This document shows positions 7,417-17,762 of a stretch of DNA of 32,000 nucleotides, piece by piece. Position 1 is the stretch's first letter. Each line of letters opens with the position of its first letter. The stretch is from the NCBI GenBank assembly GCA_048882505.1, contig JBHLRO010000015.1, positions 1-32,000 on the forward strand, read 5' to 3'. The notes beneath the pieces were generated by a model. That model saw only the letters and a list, made by a program, of their open reading frames with translations, ran no database searches and was not told the origin of the DNA. The translations under genes and the position numbers were made by a program. The stretch comes from Candidatus Thorarchaeota archaeon (GTDB lineage Archaea; Asgardarchaeota; Heimdallarchaeia; Hodarchaeales; Hodarchaeaceae).

Positions 7417-9315
7417 CTACGCGGGGGTAGGTACGGCCGATACATGTTTGCTCTTGTCCCACCCCAGAAGCGCGTTTGATAGTACATCATCCAGGGTGCG
7501 AACAGGAATTACTTCGATTTTGTCTCGTATGCTATCATCTAAAACGACATCTTCAATATTTGCTGCTGGGATCAGCACGGTTGTGATCCCTACCTGTGCT
7601 GCACCTTCTATTTTGGCTGTGGTTCCGCCTACCGGGAGAACTTCTCCACGAACAGAGATTGATCCTGTCATGGCCAGGTCCTGTCTGACAGGGATATTCT
7701 CAATGTCGCTCATGATCGCGGTGGCAATTGTAACACTAGCACTATCCCCCTCCACACCATGTGCACCTAGAAATTGGATATGAACGTCCATTTTGGAAAT
7801 ATCTTTACCTGTGTACTTTTTGATAAGTGCAGATACGTTTTGAACAGATTCACGAGCAATAACCCGCAAGCTCCCAGTGGCTATGGTTTTGCCTCCCACA
7901 CCTTGGGCTGGAACAACATTAGCTTCAATTGGCATAATATGTCCGCCTCGGGCTCCACCAGTGGCATCTGATAGAACTGCAAGGCCATTTACACGCCCAA
8001 CCACTCCACCTTTTGTTTGGATTACTTGATATTCTTTCTTATGTTCGATTTGCTTGTCAGCAAGCTGGTTTTCCAAAGAACGTGCGAGGTCGCGCGCCCT
8101 GGAGACATGATCGGGCTGAGTGAGGGGCGCTCCCTCTTCTCGGGCAATATCGCCTGCTGCTCGGATGAGGCCTCCCAGATCTCGTAATCGAAGAGACAGC
8201 CGGTTTTTTCTATCAGCCCGTTTTTTCGCCTCAAGTATAACAGCAAGGACTGCAGATTTATCAAAATGAGGGATTTTCCCGTCTTTGTTAACCTCTTGAG
8301 CAACAAAACGAACAAGTTTACGACGATTTTCCATAGTATCGGGCATAGAATGGTTAACAGCGATTTCATAACCGTACCCTCGAATACGAGATCGGAGGGC
8401 AGGATGCATGCGGCGGACTGTATCAATGTTTCCTGATGCTACGAGGACAAAATCGCAAGGTACAGCTTCGGTCCTTACCATAGCCCCGCTGGAAAGTTCG
8501 GATTGTCCGGTGATGGCAAGCTGTCGATCCTGCATTGCGGTCAGGAGCTGTTGTTGGGTTTTCTGGTTCAAAGTAGCTACTTCGTCGATGTACAGAACAC
8601 CCTTATGGGCTTTATGGATCAGTCCAGCCTCAACCCGATCATGTGCCGGAGTTCCGAGTCCCCCAGATTGGAAAGGGTCGTGTCGAACGTCACCCAAAAG
8701 GGCTCCTGCGTGAGCACCAGTTGCATCGTTAAATGGAGCACTCGTACTTTCGGAGTTATCTACCAAGAGCTTTGGAACCAAATTCTCGCGACGGCTTCGA
8801 AATTGGCCTATAACAAAAAAAGCAACAAGGGCTACAAAGATAGAAAACAAAAATTCACCTGGGGCCAAAACCAGACCTAAGAGGATAATTAAAGCCGGGA
8901 TTCCTAATAGTAGGAAATTACGCCTTTGGTCAGCAGTTCGAGCCACCTGTTTGTAATGATCCACAATCTTTCGGCCTTCATGAGCAGGAACGGTCATAAT
9001 TCGAGGAGTATGGGAGTCATTTTGATTAGGTAGACATAAAATGTCTTCAAGCTCCTCTCGAGGAAGTAATTCTGCCAAGGCTTGACCCAACATGGATTTC
9101 CCTGTTCCTGGATCTCCTATTAAGAGCACATTTCGTCGTTGGATCGCTGCCTTCTTGATAATTTCGACTGCGGGATCTTGGCCTATCACTTGGTCGACTA
9201 GACGTGAGGGGATTGGTATTTCCTGCGTTGTACGAAAATCCATATCCACATTTATGACAGCACTTTTTAGGACTTTAGTTGCAGCTACGTTCATTGACTC
9301 ATCAGCTACTTTCAT
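7417..9315 (-). CDS. lonB: Archaeal membrane-anchored Lon protease (LonB)
   Basis: Walker A GDPGTGKS, hydrophobic insertion in the AAA+ domain, Walker B LYIDE, catalytic dyad motifs GDSAS and GGTTAK. Confidence 0.96.
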   Translation of the reverse strand: MKVADESMNVAATKVLKSAVINVDMDFRTTQEIPIPSRLVDQVIGQDPAVEIIKKAAIQRRNVLLIGDPGTGKSMLGQALAELLPREELEDILCLPNQNDSHTPRIMTVPAHEGRKIVDHYKQVARTADQRRNFLLLGIPALIILLGLVLAPGEFLFSIFVALVAFFVIGQFRSRRENLVPKLLVDNSESTSAPFNDATGAHAGALLGDVRHDPFQSGGLGTPAHDRVEAGLIHKAHKGVLYIDEVATLNQKTQQQLLTAMQDRQLAITGQSELSSGAMVRTEAVPCDFVLVASGNIDTVRRMHPALRSRIRGYGYEIAVNHSMPDTMENRRKLVRFVAQEVNKDGKIPHFDKSAVLAVILEAKKRADRKNRLSLRLRDLGGLIRAAGDIAREEGAPLTQPDHVSRARDLARSLENQLADKQIEHKKEYQVIQTKGGVVGRVNGLAVLSDATGGARGGHIMPIEANVVPAQGVGGKTIATGSLRVIARESVQNVSALIKKYTGKDISKMDVHIQFLGAHGVEGDSASVTIATAIMSDIENIPVRQDLAMTGSISVRGEVLPVGGTTAKIEGAAQVGITTVLIPAANIEDVVLDDSIRDKIEVIPVRTLDDVLSNALLGWDKSKHVSAVPTPA

Positions 9316-9532
9316 TGACTGTATTCATAACCGGCATGTAATAAGATTTGCTATCTTGAATTAAGCGTGTGAATAAAACGCGAATAGATTTTCGACCCAT
9401 TCTTTATTCGCTGAATCCCAGGTACTTTAAGTTTCTTCATGCTTTTAAATGACTAGGTTAACGGAACAGTAGTACGCCCATTACTTCGGATAAGGGGCAA
9501 ACAAGGTCTAGACCAGGTTCTATTCCTTCTCA

Positions 9533-10654
9533 TCAAGGCTTTTTCAGGATGAAGACCAAGATCTTGCGGGTCAGCGACTTGTGGATATATTGAAAAAATG
9601 TTTTATAGGTGGCATTCAAAATTCGGGCAGCTTGTTGTTCTATTTCTAAAGAGGAAGGTGTAGCCACAACAACACGACTTTGGGGTCGCAAAATGGGCTG
9701 GATTTCTCGGAAGAATTCTAGCAAGAGTTCATCCAAGCCTCGTCCTTTAGTAGACGCCGCGGATCCATAGGGTGGATCCGTGACCACTCCATCAATCGCC
9801 CACCTCCTTATTCCAAGGCGAATACCGTCAGCGAAAATAAGGTGCGTAAATGATTTTGTTTGCACATCCGATTGAAGATTCTGTCTGGCTCCCCAGATAA
9901 TTCGTCTATCGATTTCAATTCCCACAGAACGTATCCCTAATAGGGCTCCTTCTAATAGGGCTCCTCCAGTCCCGCAAAACGGATCTAACATCCAGTCTCC
10001 AGGTTTAAGCGAAGCAAGATTAATCATTGTCCGCTGCAAGATTGGATTCATTGCACTTGGATGGAAAAACGGGCGGCTATGAGCACTACGAAGGCGAACC
10101 TTCTTCCTGAATGAATCCCTCAAGTGTTTTCCTAACCACATTCCGTGTTCACTGATCAGAATGATGAATTGTTCCATAGGTACGTCTAAATTAACCCGTT
10201 TGCCTGGATTAAGTTCTTGGATGAGTTTCCCTACTAGCCCAGAAATCTCTAATGTTAATTCTCGGTTCCTGAACGGGGCAATAGGGCTTCCAATACGTTT
10301 TGTTGTAACTGCAAATGTGCTTTCCGGATCCATTCTCTGGAAAATTGCCTCCGGAATGGCGGTGACAAATTCCTCTCCTGATTTTGGAATCGAGGTACTG
10401 AAATAATCGATTTGAAATAAATTTTCACAGCAATAATGGGTAAGGGTGACTCGATCCATGATATTATCAAGGAAATCCATATCCTCATTGCATTTATTGC
10501 ATGAAGAAAACATAAGTTCAAAGATACGATTATCTCGACTTATTTGAATGCGGAACGGGGAATCGGTCAGAAGATGAACTAAACATTCTAGCTCGTATGT
10601 TGCGAGGCTGGGATTTTCCCCCGATAACAGAAAAAAAAAACCTTTAGATGACAT
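9533..10654 (-). CDS. trm11: tRNA (guanine10-N2)-methyltransferase, THUMP plus Rossmann MTase
   Basis: THUMP-like TFAV...RVNLDVP, RPFFHP, LDPFCGTG, TDPPYG. Confidence 0.88.
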   Translation of the reverse strand: MSSKGFFFLLSGENPSLATYELECLVHLLTDSPFRIQISRDNRIFELMFSSCNKCNEDMDFLDNIMDRVTLTHYCCENLFQIDYFSTSIPKSGEEFVTAIPEAIFQRMDPESTFAVTTKRIGSPIAPFRNRELTLEISGLVGKLIQELNPGKRVNLDVPMEQFIILISEHGMWLGKHLRDSFRKKVRLRSAHSRPFFHPSAMNPILQRTMINLASLKPGDWMLDPFCGTGGALLEGALLGIRSVGIEIDRRIIWGARQNLQSDVQTKSFTHLIFADGIRLGIRRWAIDGVVTDPPYGSAASTKGRGLDELLLEFFREIQPILRPQSRVVVATPSSLEIEQQAARILNATYKTFFQYIHKSLTRKILVFILKKP

Positions 10655-10690
10655 TAGAATTTCAATTTACGATTTTATTAATCTAATAGA

Positions 10691-11884
10691 TTATCCGTAA
10701 TGGGACAAAGGTTCTGGGGTGAACTTATGTTTCTCCATCATATTGATAACATTTTGCATTGTGATTTGAGTCTTGTCATTAAGGATTGCTGCATGAATTG
10801 CGTTCTTTATGATTCGCTCTTTGAGATCCCGACCAGACCATTCTCGGGTTTTTTGAGCGATTTCTCTCCAAGAAACCCCAATAAAGGGGATTGGAGAAAT
10901 CTCGGCATTCATCCGGAGAATTTGGACCCTTTCATTAACCGAGGGACGAGAGAATTCGATCATTTCTTCAAAACGTCCTAGAACAGCGGTATCGAGAATT
11001 GATGGTTGATTCGTACTCGCTATGGTAACTACACCTTGATTCCGGGTAATACCATCCATTTCTCCCAATAAGGCACTCACAATCTCGACAACATCGCCCC
11101 TGATGCTTTGGTAGTTTCTTTTGAGCGCAATGGCATCTAGTTCATCAATGAAAATGATGGCAGGAGCCTTCTTTCGGGCCTCCGTGAATAGGTTCTGTAT
11201 TTTACGTGCGCCATCTCCCACGTAAATCCCCAACAATTCGCTGGCTTTCACCAAGAACATCGGATGTTTCGTTTCGTACGATAGGGCTCGTGCAAGCATA
11301 GTTTTTCCACATCCAGGTGGGCCATAGAACAAAACATTTCTGGGAGCCCATGGCGAATCGATTAGCGATTCGTCATTTAGAAATCGTGCGATCACTTGGC
11401 ATTTTTCTTTTGCCTGCTTTTGTCCAACAACATCCTCAAATGTTACTTGAGCTGTGGATCGAGAAATCGGAGCCTCTGGCGGAGAGAAATCGATAAAAAG
11501 AGAAATTTTAGTGGTCTCCGAAATTCGTGAACCATCAGGTTCAACGGTGACCGCACGAAACGCATAATCAGGAAATAATAAAGAATCGAATAGAAAATTC
11601 CCCGTTCTCACCACACTCCCTGCCCATTGTTGGATTGCATAGTGTTGAAATAACGTTGGGTCATCAGTTGTTAATACAAAGGGTGTGGCTTCCTCCCCTG
11701 CCCCACCAGCCCGTAGAGGATATCCTACAGGGGTTAACACTAAAGATTTCATCTTAGGCGTTCGTTGACGCTGAAGGGGGTCTTTTTTTGACAGGATTTT
11801 CTGACCGCGCTCCATCTTCGTCTTCGTCTCGCTGGTTGTGTATCCAGACCCTTCAGGGGAAATCTCCTCTAAAGGTTTGTTCAA
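10691..11884 (-). CDS. Archaeal AAA+ ATPase (COG1223-like)
   Basis: GPPGCGKT, FIDELD, STN sensor, N-terminal PVGYP...QQW domain. Confidence 0.9.
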   Translation of the reverse strand: MNKPLEEISPEGSGYTTSETKTKMERGQKILSKKDPLQRQRTPKMKSLVLTPVGYPLRAGGAGEEATPFVLTTDDPTLFQHYAIQQWAGSVVRTGNFLFDSLLFPDYAFRAVTVEPDGSRISETTKISLFIDFSPPEAPISRSTAQVTFEDVVGQKQAKEKCQVIARFLNDESLIDSPWAPRNVLFYGPPGCGKTMLARALSYETKHPMFLVKASELLGIYVGDGARKIQNLFTEARKKAPAIIFIDELDAIALKRNYQSIRGDVVEIVSALLGEMDGITRNQGVVTIASTNQPSILDTAVLGRFEEMIEFSRPSVNERVQILRMNAEISPIPFIGVSWREIAQKTREWSGRDLKERIIKNAIHAAILNDKTQITMQNVINMMEKHKFTPEPLSHYG

Positions 11885-12106
11885 ACGAAAACATGGAACA
11901 TTTTTTTATCCAAGGATTTCGCCCAAGATCTAAACAGTCTGGAGCTGGGCCGTATCATTCAAGATCGTTTTCTTCAAAAAGTTGGAAAAACCATTTAGGA
12001 AAATCCAGATCTAAATCCATACGGCAAACTAGGGATATATATTTAGATAAACGGGAAAATAACTGGTAAATTGCCCAGAGATACCTGAAAATGCCGTGAA
12101 ACAAAA

Positions 12107-12180
12107 GGGTTCGTGGTCTAGTTTGGTAGGATCCGCGCCTGGGGCGCGCGAGCTCGGGAGTTCAAATCTCCCCGGACCCA
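12107..12180 (+). tRNA. tRNA-Pro(GGG), intronless
   Basis: Acceptor GGGTTCG/CGGACCC, anticodon arm CGCGC-CTGGGGC-GCGCG, T arm GGGAG-TTCAAAT-CTCCC. Confidence 0.95.
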
Positions 12181-12330
12181 TTTATCTCCCGTATTTATGG
12201 GATCAAAACGCCTAGCTGCACCCTTGGGGAAGGGAACGACTAGAAAAGAAGAGATTTTCTTGGTATTATCCCCATGTCATGACTTGTTTTGTATCGTTTT
12301 TGTCGAGAAGTCTTTAAAGACAGATGACGG

Positions 12331-13626
12331 ATGATTTGGCAGATGGGTTCGTTATTAGAACGTTTGAAAGAAGCAAGTGGGGCACTTGAAGAGAGTAGCC
12401 CTTTTTCGATCCAAAGTGGTCCAAAGTTTGATCGTGTTTCACAATTCACTCCTCCACAAGGGGTAGATCATGAAATTGCAGATGTCTTGACCGAGCGGCT
12501 GCCAAGGGTCCAGGTGATTGGTGTTGGTGGAGCTGGAAATAATGCCGTCTATAGATTGATGAATTCCGAGGTTGATGCAGAATGTGTTGCGGTAAACACG
12601 GATGCACAACATCTACTATCGACTCGTGCTCATCGTAAACTATTAATCGGCAAAGATAGTTCACGGGGTTTTGGAGCAGGGAATAATCCTGAAATTGGAG
12701 AAACAGCCGCCCGGGAGTCGTTAGAAGAAATCAAAAATGTTCTTCATGGAAACATGGTATTTATCACATGTGGACTCGGCGGAGGTACTGGAACAGGTGC
12801 TGCACATGTCATTGCAAAGCAGGCCAAAGAAAAAGGGGCGCTTACGGTGTCAATTTGTACCTTACCATTTCAGATGGAAGGAGTAAAGCGATATGAAAAC
12901 GCCCGAAGCGGTTTGAAGAAGCTGTATGAAGCCTCTGATACTGTAATCGTTGTTCCAAATGAGAAACTCCTGCAAATCTCAGAAGAAATCACAATGATGG
13001 CAGCGTTCCGAATCGCAGATGAAGTTCTCTTACGCGCGGTTAAAGCAATTACCGAACTAATAACAAAGCCCCAGCTCATCAATCTTGATTTTGCCGATGT
13101 ACGTAAGATCCTCACCGAGGGGGGAATGGCCATGATCGGTCTTGGCGAATCAGATCATCAAACGGTAAAAGTCGAAGAAGCAGTTTTCGAGGCATTAAAA
13201 AATCCGCTTTTAGATGATCTTGATATTAGTCGTGCAAAGAAGGGTTTAATCTGCGTTTCTGGCGGTGAAGGGCTTGCCCTCAAAGATGCTGAGGAAGCGG
13301 TTATGAAGATAGCTACTGAGATTGATAATTCGGCCGAAATTATTTGGGGCGCTACGATAAATCCTGATTTAGGTAATAGAATTCGAGTAATAGTAGTATT
13401 GAGTGACGTTCATTCTCCGTTAACAGGAAATGATGGACTTTACTATTCCAATAATGACTTAAGCGCGTTGCTACCGGATCTTGACACCCCATTCTCTGTT
13501 GTATCGATGCAAAAGTTATCAAATTCTAAGGAGAAGAAAAATATTCAGGCTTCTCCGTTTGATCTTGAAAATAAAATCCTAAACGAAACTAAAAAGACAC
13601 GAAAGAAATTTCTGGGTCTATTTTAG
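12331..13626 (+). CDS. ftsZ: Cell division GTPase FtsZ (start possibly 12343)
   Basis: IGVGGAGNN, AVNTDAQHL, GAGNNP, GLGGGTGTG, PF..EG..R, T7 loop INLDFADV. Confidence 0.96.
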   Translation: MIWQMGSLLERLKEASGALEESSPFSIQSGPKFDRVSQFTPPQGVDHEIADVLTERLPRVQVIGVGGAGNNAVYRLMNSEVDAECVAVNTDAQHLLSTRAHRKLLIGKDSSRGFGAGNNPEIGETAARESLEEIKNVLHGNMVFITCGLGGGTGTGAAHVIAKQAKEKGALTVSICTLPFQMEGVKRYENARSGLKKLYEASDTVIVVPNEKLLQISEEITMMAAFRIADEVLLRAVKAITELITKPQLINLDFADVRKILTEGGMAMIGLGESDHQTVKVEEAVFEALKNPLLDDLDISRAKKGLICVSGGEGLALKDAEEAVMKIATEIDNSAEIIWGATINPDLGNRIRVIVVLSDVHSPLTGNDGLYYSNNDLSALLPDLDTPFSVVSMQKLSNSKEKKNIQASPFDLENKILNETKKTRKKFLGLF

Positions 13627-13689
13627 CTTTATCATAAAGCAATCCTTTGTCTTTATGGCTATTCTTGTATTAGACATCTATCTTCGCTT

Positions 13690-14325
13690 TTGTTTAGCAC
13701 AACACCCAGTTCCTTTTTACTCAATTTCCATATTAATCCTGTTAAAACTGAAGAAAATTTAACTAGTATTGTTGTACTAGGGGAATTTATTTATCTAATT
13801 CGGAGAAATCTGTTTTCACACTCTGAGAGGATGAATATCATGTTCAGAAGTCGAAATTATGATGCAATGAAACAGTCATTTGATAAAATTGATACTTTTA
13901 TTTCCAAAACCATGAATGATTACGGGATTATCTTGCTTCGAATTTCTTTTGGGATTGTATTCATTTGGTTTGGGATCCTAAAACCGTTAGGTTTAAGCCC
14001 CGCCGAAACATTGGCAAGTGATCTCGTAGCTCAAGCTGGCTATTGGATTCCCCTAAACGAGTACCTATACCCCTTACTGGCCCTTGTCGAAGTTTCTATC
14101 GGTATTCTATTCTTGTTTAGACCAACTTTGCGGATAGCAATATTTCTATTAGCCATTCAGATGCCGTTAACTTTTATGCCACTAATCGTTCTTCCTGCAG
14201 CAACTTGGGTTACTTTTCCAATTGTACCTACCCTAGAAGGGCAATACATAATTAAGAACTTGATACTGGTAAGCGCAGCAATTGTCGTCGGAGGAACAGT
14301 TCGGAAATCTCAGGACAAACAATAG
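13690..14325 (+). CDS. DoxX-family membrane protein (start probably 13831 or 13840)
   Basis: LLRISFGIVFIWFGILK, several hydrophobic helices, EGQYIIKNLIL. Confidence 0.8.
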   Translation: MFSTTPSSFLLNFHINPVKTEENLTSIVVLGEFIYLIRRNLFSHSERMNIMFRSRNYDAMKQSFDKIDTFISKTMNDYGIILLRISFGIVFIWFGILKPLGLSPAETLASDLVAQAGYWIPLNEYLYPLLALVEVSIGILFLFRPTLRIAIFLLAIQMPLTFMPLIVLPAATWVTFPIVPTLEGQYIIKNLILVSAAIVVGGTVRKSQDKQ

Positions 14326-14396
14326 AAAATCTGGAAATCACCAGAGTGTCTGATTTGGCCAATACAAAGAAGGTATCTAGAGACATTCCATAAACG

Positions 14397-14897
14397 TCAT
14401 CTTACCAGACAATCAATTCGTTTGTTCTTAGCGTCCAGAGTGCAATGGAATTTTGCGCTCGTATAGGGCGGGTCAATTTGAACGCTGTCATTTTCCCAGT
14501 CCCAGGTCACTACTACCATTTGGCCTATAAGCCGCCCCTCTGCAAGATTGGGTTCCCCCTGCATAACAACCATGGAGTGATCCTCATAACTCACAAAAAC
14601 TACATTGTTCTGTTTAAGAGTGTCAACTACCCGATCGAGCGCATGGATCTCCTCACGAACTTCAAATCCAGTCGATATCCACTTGATTCGGGTACGTATT
14701 CCCCGTTCTACCTGTCGGAAGGAAATGACTCGAACTTCCGATAAAATAAACCCCACTTGGGACTCGGGAAGGTTTTGTCCAATGTCCTTGTAGCCTACAA
14801 CCTGGAACCCTTTCGTAGCCGGGGAACTCTGATTGCTACGAGTACAAACGATCCGTTGTGCAGCTATTCGACGGGGAGACACTGTTATCAACCACAC
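14397..14897 (-). CDS. Hypothetical protein
   Basis: 166 aa ORF filling an otherwise empty gap; TTTAATAT TATA-like box about 20-27 nt upstream; no recognised motif. Confidence 0.45.
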   Translation of the reverse strand: MWLITVSPRRIAAQRIVCTRSNQSSPATKGFQVVGYKDIGQNLPESQVGFILSEVRVISFRQVERGIRTRIKWISTGFEVREEIHALDRVVDTLKQNNVVFVSYEDHSMVVMQGEPNLAEGRLIGQMVVVTWDWENDSVQIDPPYTSAKFHCTLDAKNKRIDCLVR

Positions 14898-15140
14898 GTT
14901 TCATCGAGACTTAAAATATTAAAGGATACCGTGAATGGGAACTATCAAGTTGAGCTCTCTCAGAAGCTAAAAGGAGGGCTTTTACCTCGCTTTTACTTCT
15001 AAATCCTTCATCAACCTTTCCTACCTACCTGAAATGCTTTGGCTTTAAAACGCTACTTTTTGGTGTTATACTACCAATCGGGTTTACATCAAAGAAAAAC
15101 TTTTCTAGGATCTAAGGATTTTATCTCATCGGGCCATATC

Positions 15141-16184
15141 ATGGTGAATGTCCGTTTCATTTCAAATCAATTAGCAAAACATCATTCAAACGGTAGGTTC
15201 CATCCCGAATCCCCTAAAAGGATAGAAGTTCTTGAACATTGGCTCCAATCCCACCCAGATGAAAGAATAAGTTATGAGACGTGCAGTGAATCCGCTTCGG
15301 AGGCCGAGATTACTAGTGTACATAGCCCCAATCACTACCGTTTGGTGGAAAAAACACAAACAACAGAGGGATTTTTCCATTTCGATGGAGACACCGCCGC
15401 TAATCAATTTTCTTTTGAAGCTGCTCGTCAAGCTGTAGCAGTAGGCAAAAAAGCTCTTTGGGAAAGCGATCGTAGTAGTTCTATATTTTGTTTGACGAGA
15501 CCGCCTGGACACCACGCTACCCGTGGCGCTGCGCAAGGATTTTGTATCTTTAACAATATTGCTATTGCCACAGATCTTGCCATTCAAAACAAAAAATGCC
15601 ATCGTATTGCAATATTAGATGTTGACCATCATTTCGGCAATGGGACGGCATACATTCACGAAGAAAATCCCAACATCCTATATGCCAGCATACACGCGAG
15701 CCCTCGGATCGCATACCCTGGTACAGGCTTTGTCGATGAAATAGGAGAGGGAGAAGGCCGAGGATACAACATCTGTGTTCCACTGGGATTTCGGTCCACC
15801 GAAGCCGATTTCGGCCTTGCCTTTGACCAGCTTCTATATCCCATTGTCCATGAATTCAATCCCGATTTCCTTGCCATTTCCGTGGGCTTTGATGCCTATG
15901 AAAAGGATCCTATTGGTGTTCTTGGTGTTACAACCGAGGGATTCGGCCTGATTGGAAACTACCTACAGCAACTGGCATCTGAACTACAAATCCCCTGTGC
16001 ACACTTCTTAGAAGGAGGATACAACATTCCCATGCTCTCCGACCTACTGAAAGCTTATATCTCTCCCTTTCTTGACCCTGGGGAGAATCCCTCCAAATCA
16101 ATGACACGATTAACACCCAAACCACACACGGTGGCCATCCTAGAACGATCAAGCCAGCTTCTAAAAGACTATTGGGAACTTTAG
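15141..16184 (+). CDS. Histone deacetylase superfamily (Zn-dependent) protein
   Basis: HPESP.R, RPPGHHA, GFCIFNN, DVDHHFGNGT, GFDA...DP, LEGGY; ATG at 15141 preferred over the TTG at 15039. Confidence 0.93.
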   Translation: MVNVRFISNQLAKHHSNGRFHPESPKRIEVLEHWLQSHPDERISYETCSESASEAEITSVHSPNHYRLVEKTQTTEGFFHFDGDTAANQFSFEAARQAVAVGKKALWESDRSSSIFCLTRPPGHHATRGAAQGFCIFNNIAIATDLAIQNKKCHRIAILDVDHHFGNGTAYIHEENPNILYASIHASPRIAYPGTGFVDEIGEGEGRGYNICVPLGFRSTEADFGLAFDQLLYPIVHEFNPDFLAISVGFDAYEKDPIGVLGVTTEGFGLIGNYLQQLASELQIPCAHFLEGGYNIPMLSDLLKAYISPFLDPGENPSKSMTRLTPKPHTVAILERSSQLLKDYWEL

Positions 16185-16196
16185 ATATTGTGGATT

Positions 16197-17306
16197 TCAC
16201 GGGGTAGCTGAGGGGACTGACCACCTTAAGAGAGCAATAATTCCGCCGAACGTCTTCAATTTACCAGCAATTTCACTGCTAGATGGTACAATTGAAATTC
16301 GGCCCCTTATCCGTTCGATCTCGTGCAGTAAGTTGTTTATATGCTCGGGATGGATTTCCGCTGTCCCCTGTAACCAAGAATCGATAAGAACGACCGTTTC
16401 GATAGCTCCCGTGCCAGCTACTTCCTTTATCCCTTGAAATCCATAAGAAATGTCAGTACTCCCGTGATTTAGCCTTTTAAGAAACTCCTCGATTATCCGT
16501 TGATCTTCCAAATAACGAAAATCCTGCGCAAGCTTATCAATGGCCTCCATCTGTAATAATTCCGATAGGCCCACTCTATTTCCCCCACTCAAAGAGCCAA
16601 CAATCACGATATTTAGGGCTTCTTTGGGAAATTTCTCCTTCAATACAGTAGCCAGCCGCTCTTTAATAAATCCTGGCCCACCGATCACTATGTTTTTTGT
16701 TACTGGAATCACCTTTCGGTCGATAATTCCGATTATCATGTCAAAAAAACCTTGGGTCTGTCTAAGACGCGTTTTGTCTTTTGCAAGCTTCCGTGAAATG
16801 TGCGATTTCTCCTGCCCAAGAATATTTAATTTATAATTGTCTAACAGACCAATACAGGCTTCTGTTTTGTCTACCGCAATCAAACAAATTTGTGGCTTAC
16901 GACTAGCCTCCTCCGCCTCCTCAAGAAGTCTTAAGTAGTAGTTTGTCCATCCTTGAGGCTTAATCAAGGTTACTGTTTCTGTTAATTCTATATTAAGCGT
17001 ATGATATGTCCCTAGAGAGACGTGTTGCTCAGGCCCTCTATAGATTTTCCCCTTCACCCTCAACCGATTGCTTACCGAGCTATCCTGAAACGCAAAATCC
17101 TCAACTTCAATTCCGAGAGTCATGGTAATCCGCTGGCTCTCCTCTCCAGATCGGCCATCACTCCCTGATCGCCGAATTCTTCTACTTGTTTTCGCAACCA
17201 CTTGATCCCCAGGAGCGATAAGATTGGATAAGATATAAAGATCCGTGGAAGTTTCAATCCTCAAAACAATACGGTGATTCTTGAGATCTTTCTTAAGAAT
17301 GCGCAT
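16197..17306 (-). CDS. pelA: Pelota/Dom34 ribosome rescue factor
   Basis: DLY.LSNLI.PGD, RLRVKGKI, LGTYHTLNI, GPGF, FGGIIALLRW. Confidence 0.93.
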   Translation of the reverse strand: MRILKKDLKNHRIVLRIETSTDLYILSNLIAPGDQVVAKTSRRIRRSGSDGRSGEESQRITMTLGIEVEDFAFQDSSVSNRLRVKGKIYRGPEQHVSLGTYHTLNIELTETVTLIKPQGWTNYYLRLLEEAEEASRKPQICLIAVDKTEACIGLLDNYKLNILGQEKSHISRKLAKDKTRLRQTQGFFDMIIGIIDRKVIPVTKNIVIGGPGFIKERLATVLKEKFPKEALNIVIVGSLSGGNRVGLSELLQMEAIDKLAQDFRYLEDQRIIEEFLKRLNHGSTDISYGFQGIKEVAGTGAIETVVLIDSWLQGTAEIHPEHINNLLHEIERIRGRISIVPSSSEIAGKLKTFGGIIALLRWSVPSATP

Positions 17307-17325
17307 GAATCATCCCGTACTTAAA

Positions 17326-17682
17326 CTAGTATAGCTTGAGCGTTGATGTAATCTTCTCGACATCTTCTCTGACATGGGGCCCGATACCGAGAGCTGTAGT
17401 TGTCCCCGGTGGGAGTTGTGTCCTACCCGCATCATTGATCTTCTCAACGATAACTCCAGTGGATCGTAGTTGCTTCTCCAAATCCAATAACTCGGTTTCG
17501 GAATCGACCCCAAGAATAACTTTCATTTGGCCCGTCCTCCACCAGGCTTCGAACTGGTCTCGTTTTTCTCGTAGCACTTTTACCGCTGCGGCCACGCTGG
17601 CATGCGATGCCTGCGCCGCGGCCTTACCTCTCGACATCTTCAGGTCTTTTCGAAGGATGATAACTTGTTTTGGTTCTACCAT
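17326..17682 (-). CDS. pth2: Peptidyl-tRNA hydrolase Pth2
   Basis: KQVIILRKDLKMSRGKAAAQASHA, DAGRTQLPPGTTTALGIGP. Confidence 0.96.
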   Translation of the reverse strand: MVEPKQVIILRKDLKMSRGKAAAQASHASVAAAVKVLREKRDQFEAWWRTGQMKVILGVDSETELLDLEKQLRSTGVIVEKINDAGRTQLPPGTTTALGIGPHVREDVEKITSTLKLY

Positions 17683-17762
17683 TCTGTGATCCTTATTCAG
17701 TCATAATACTAGTACTACCCTAACGCCATCCCATAGACATAGATCTGCACAACTTCAGCAGT

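Noticed and set aside
9281-9320. 21-nt tandem repeat at the lonB 5' end (MKVADES MNVAATK)
   Set aside because: Two imperfect copies in a poorly conserved N-terminus; most likely a local duplication affecting only start choice
11893-11998. Possible frameshifted microprotein across a T7 run (MEHF/LSKDFAQDLNSLELGRIIQDRF...)
   Set aside because: Needs an indel or slippage, is only about 35 aa, has no recognisable family and lies in a divergent promoter region
13633-13657. CATAAAG/CTTTATG inverted repeat after ftsZ
   Set aside because: Weak AT-rich stem; possibly a terminator but not supportable
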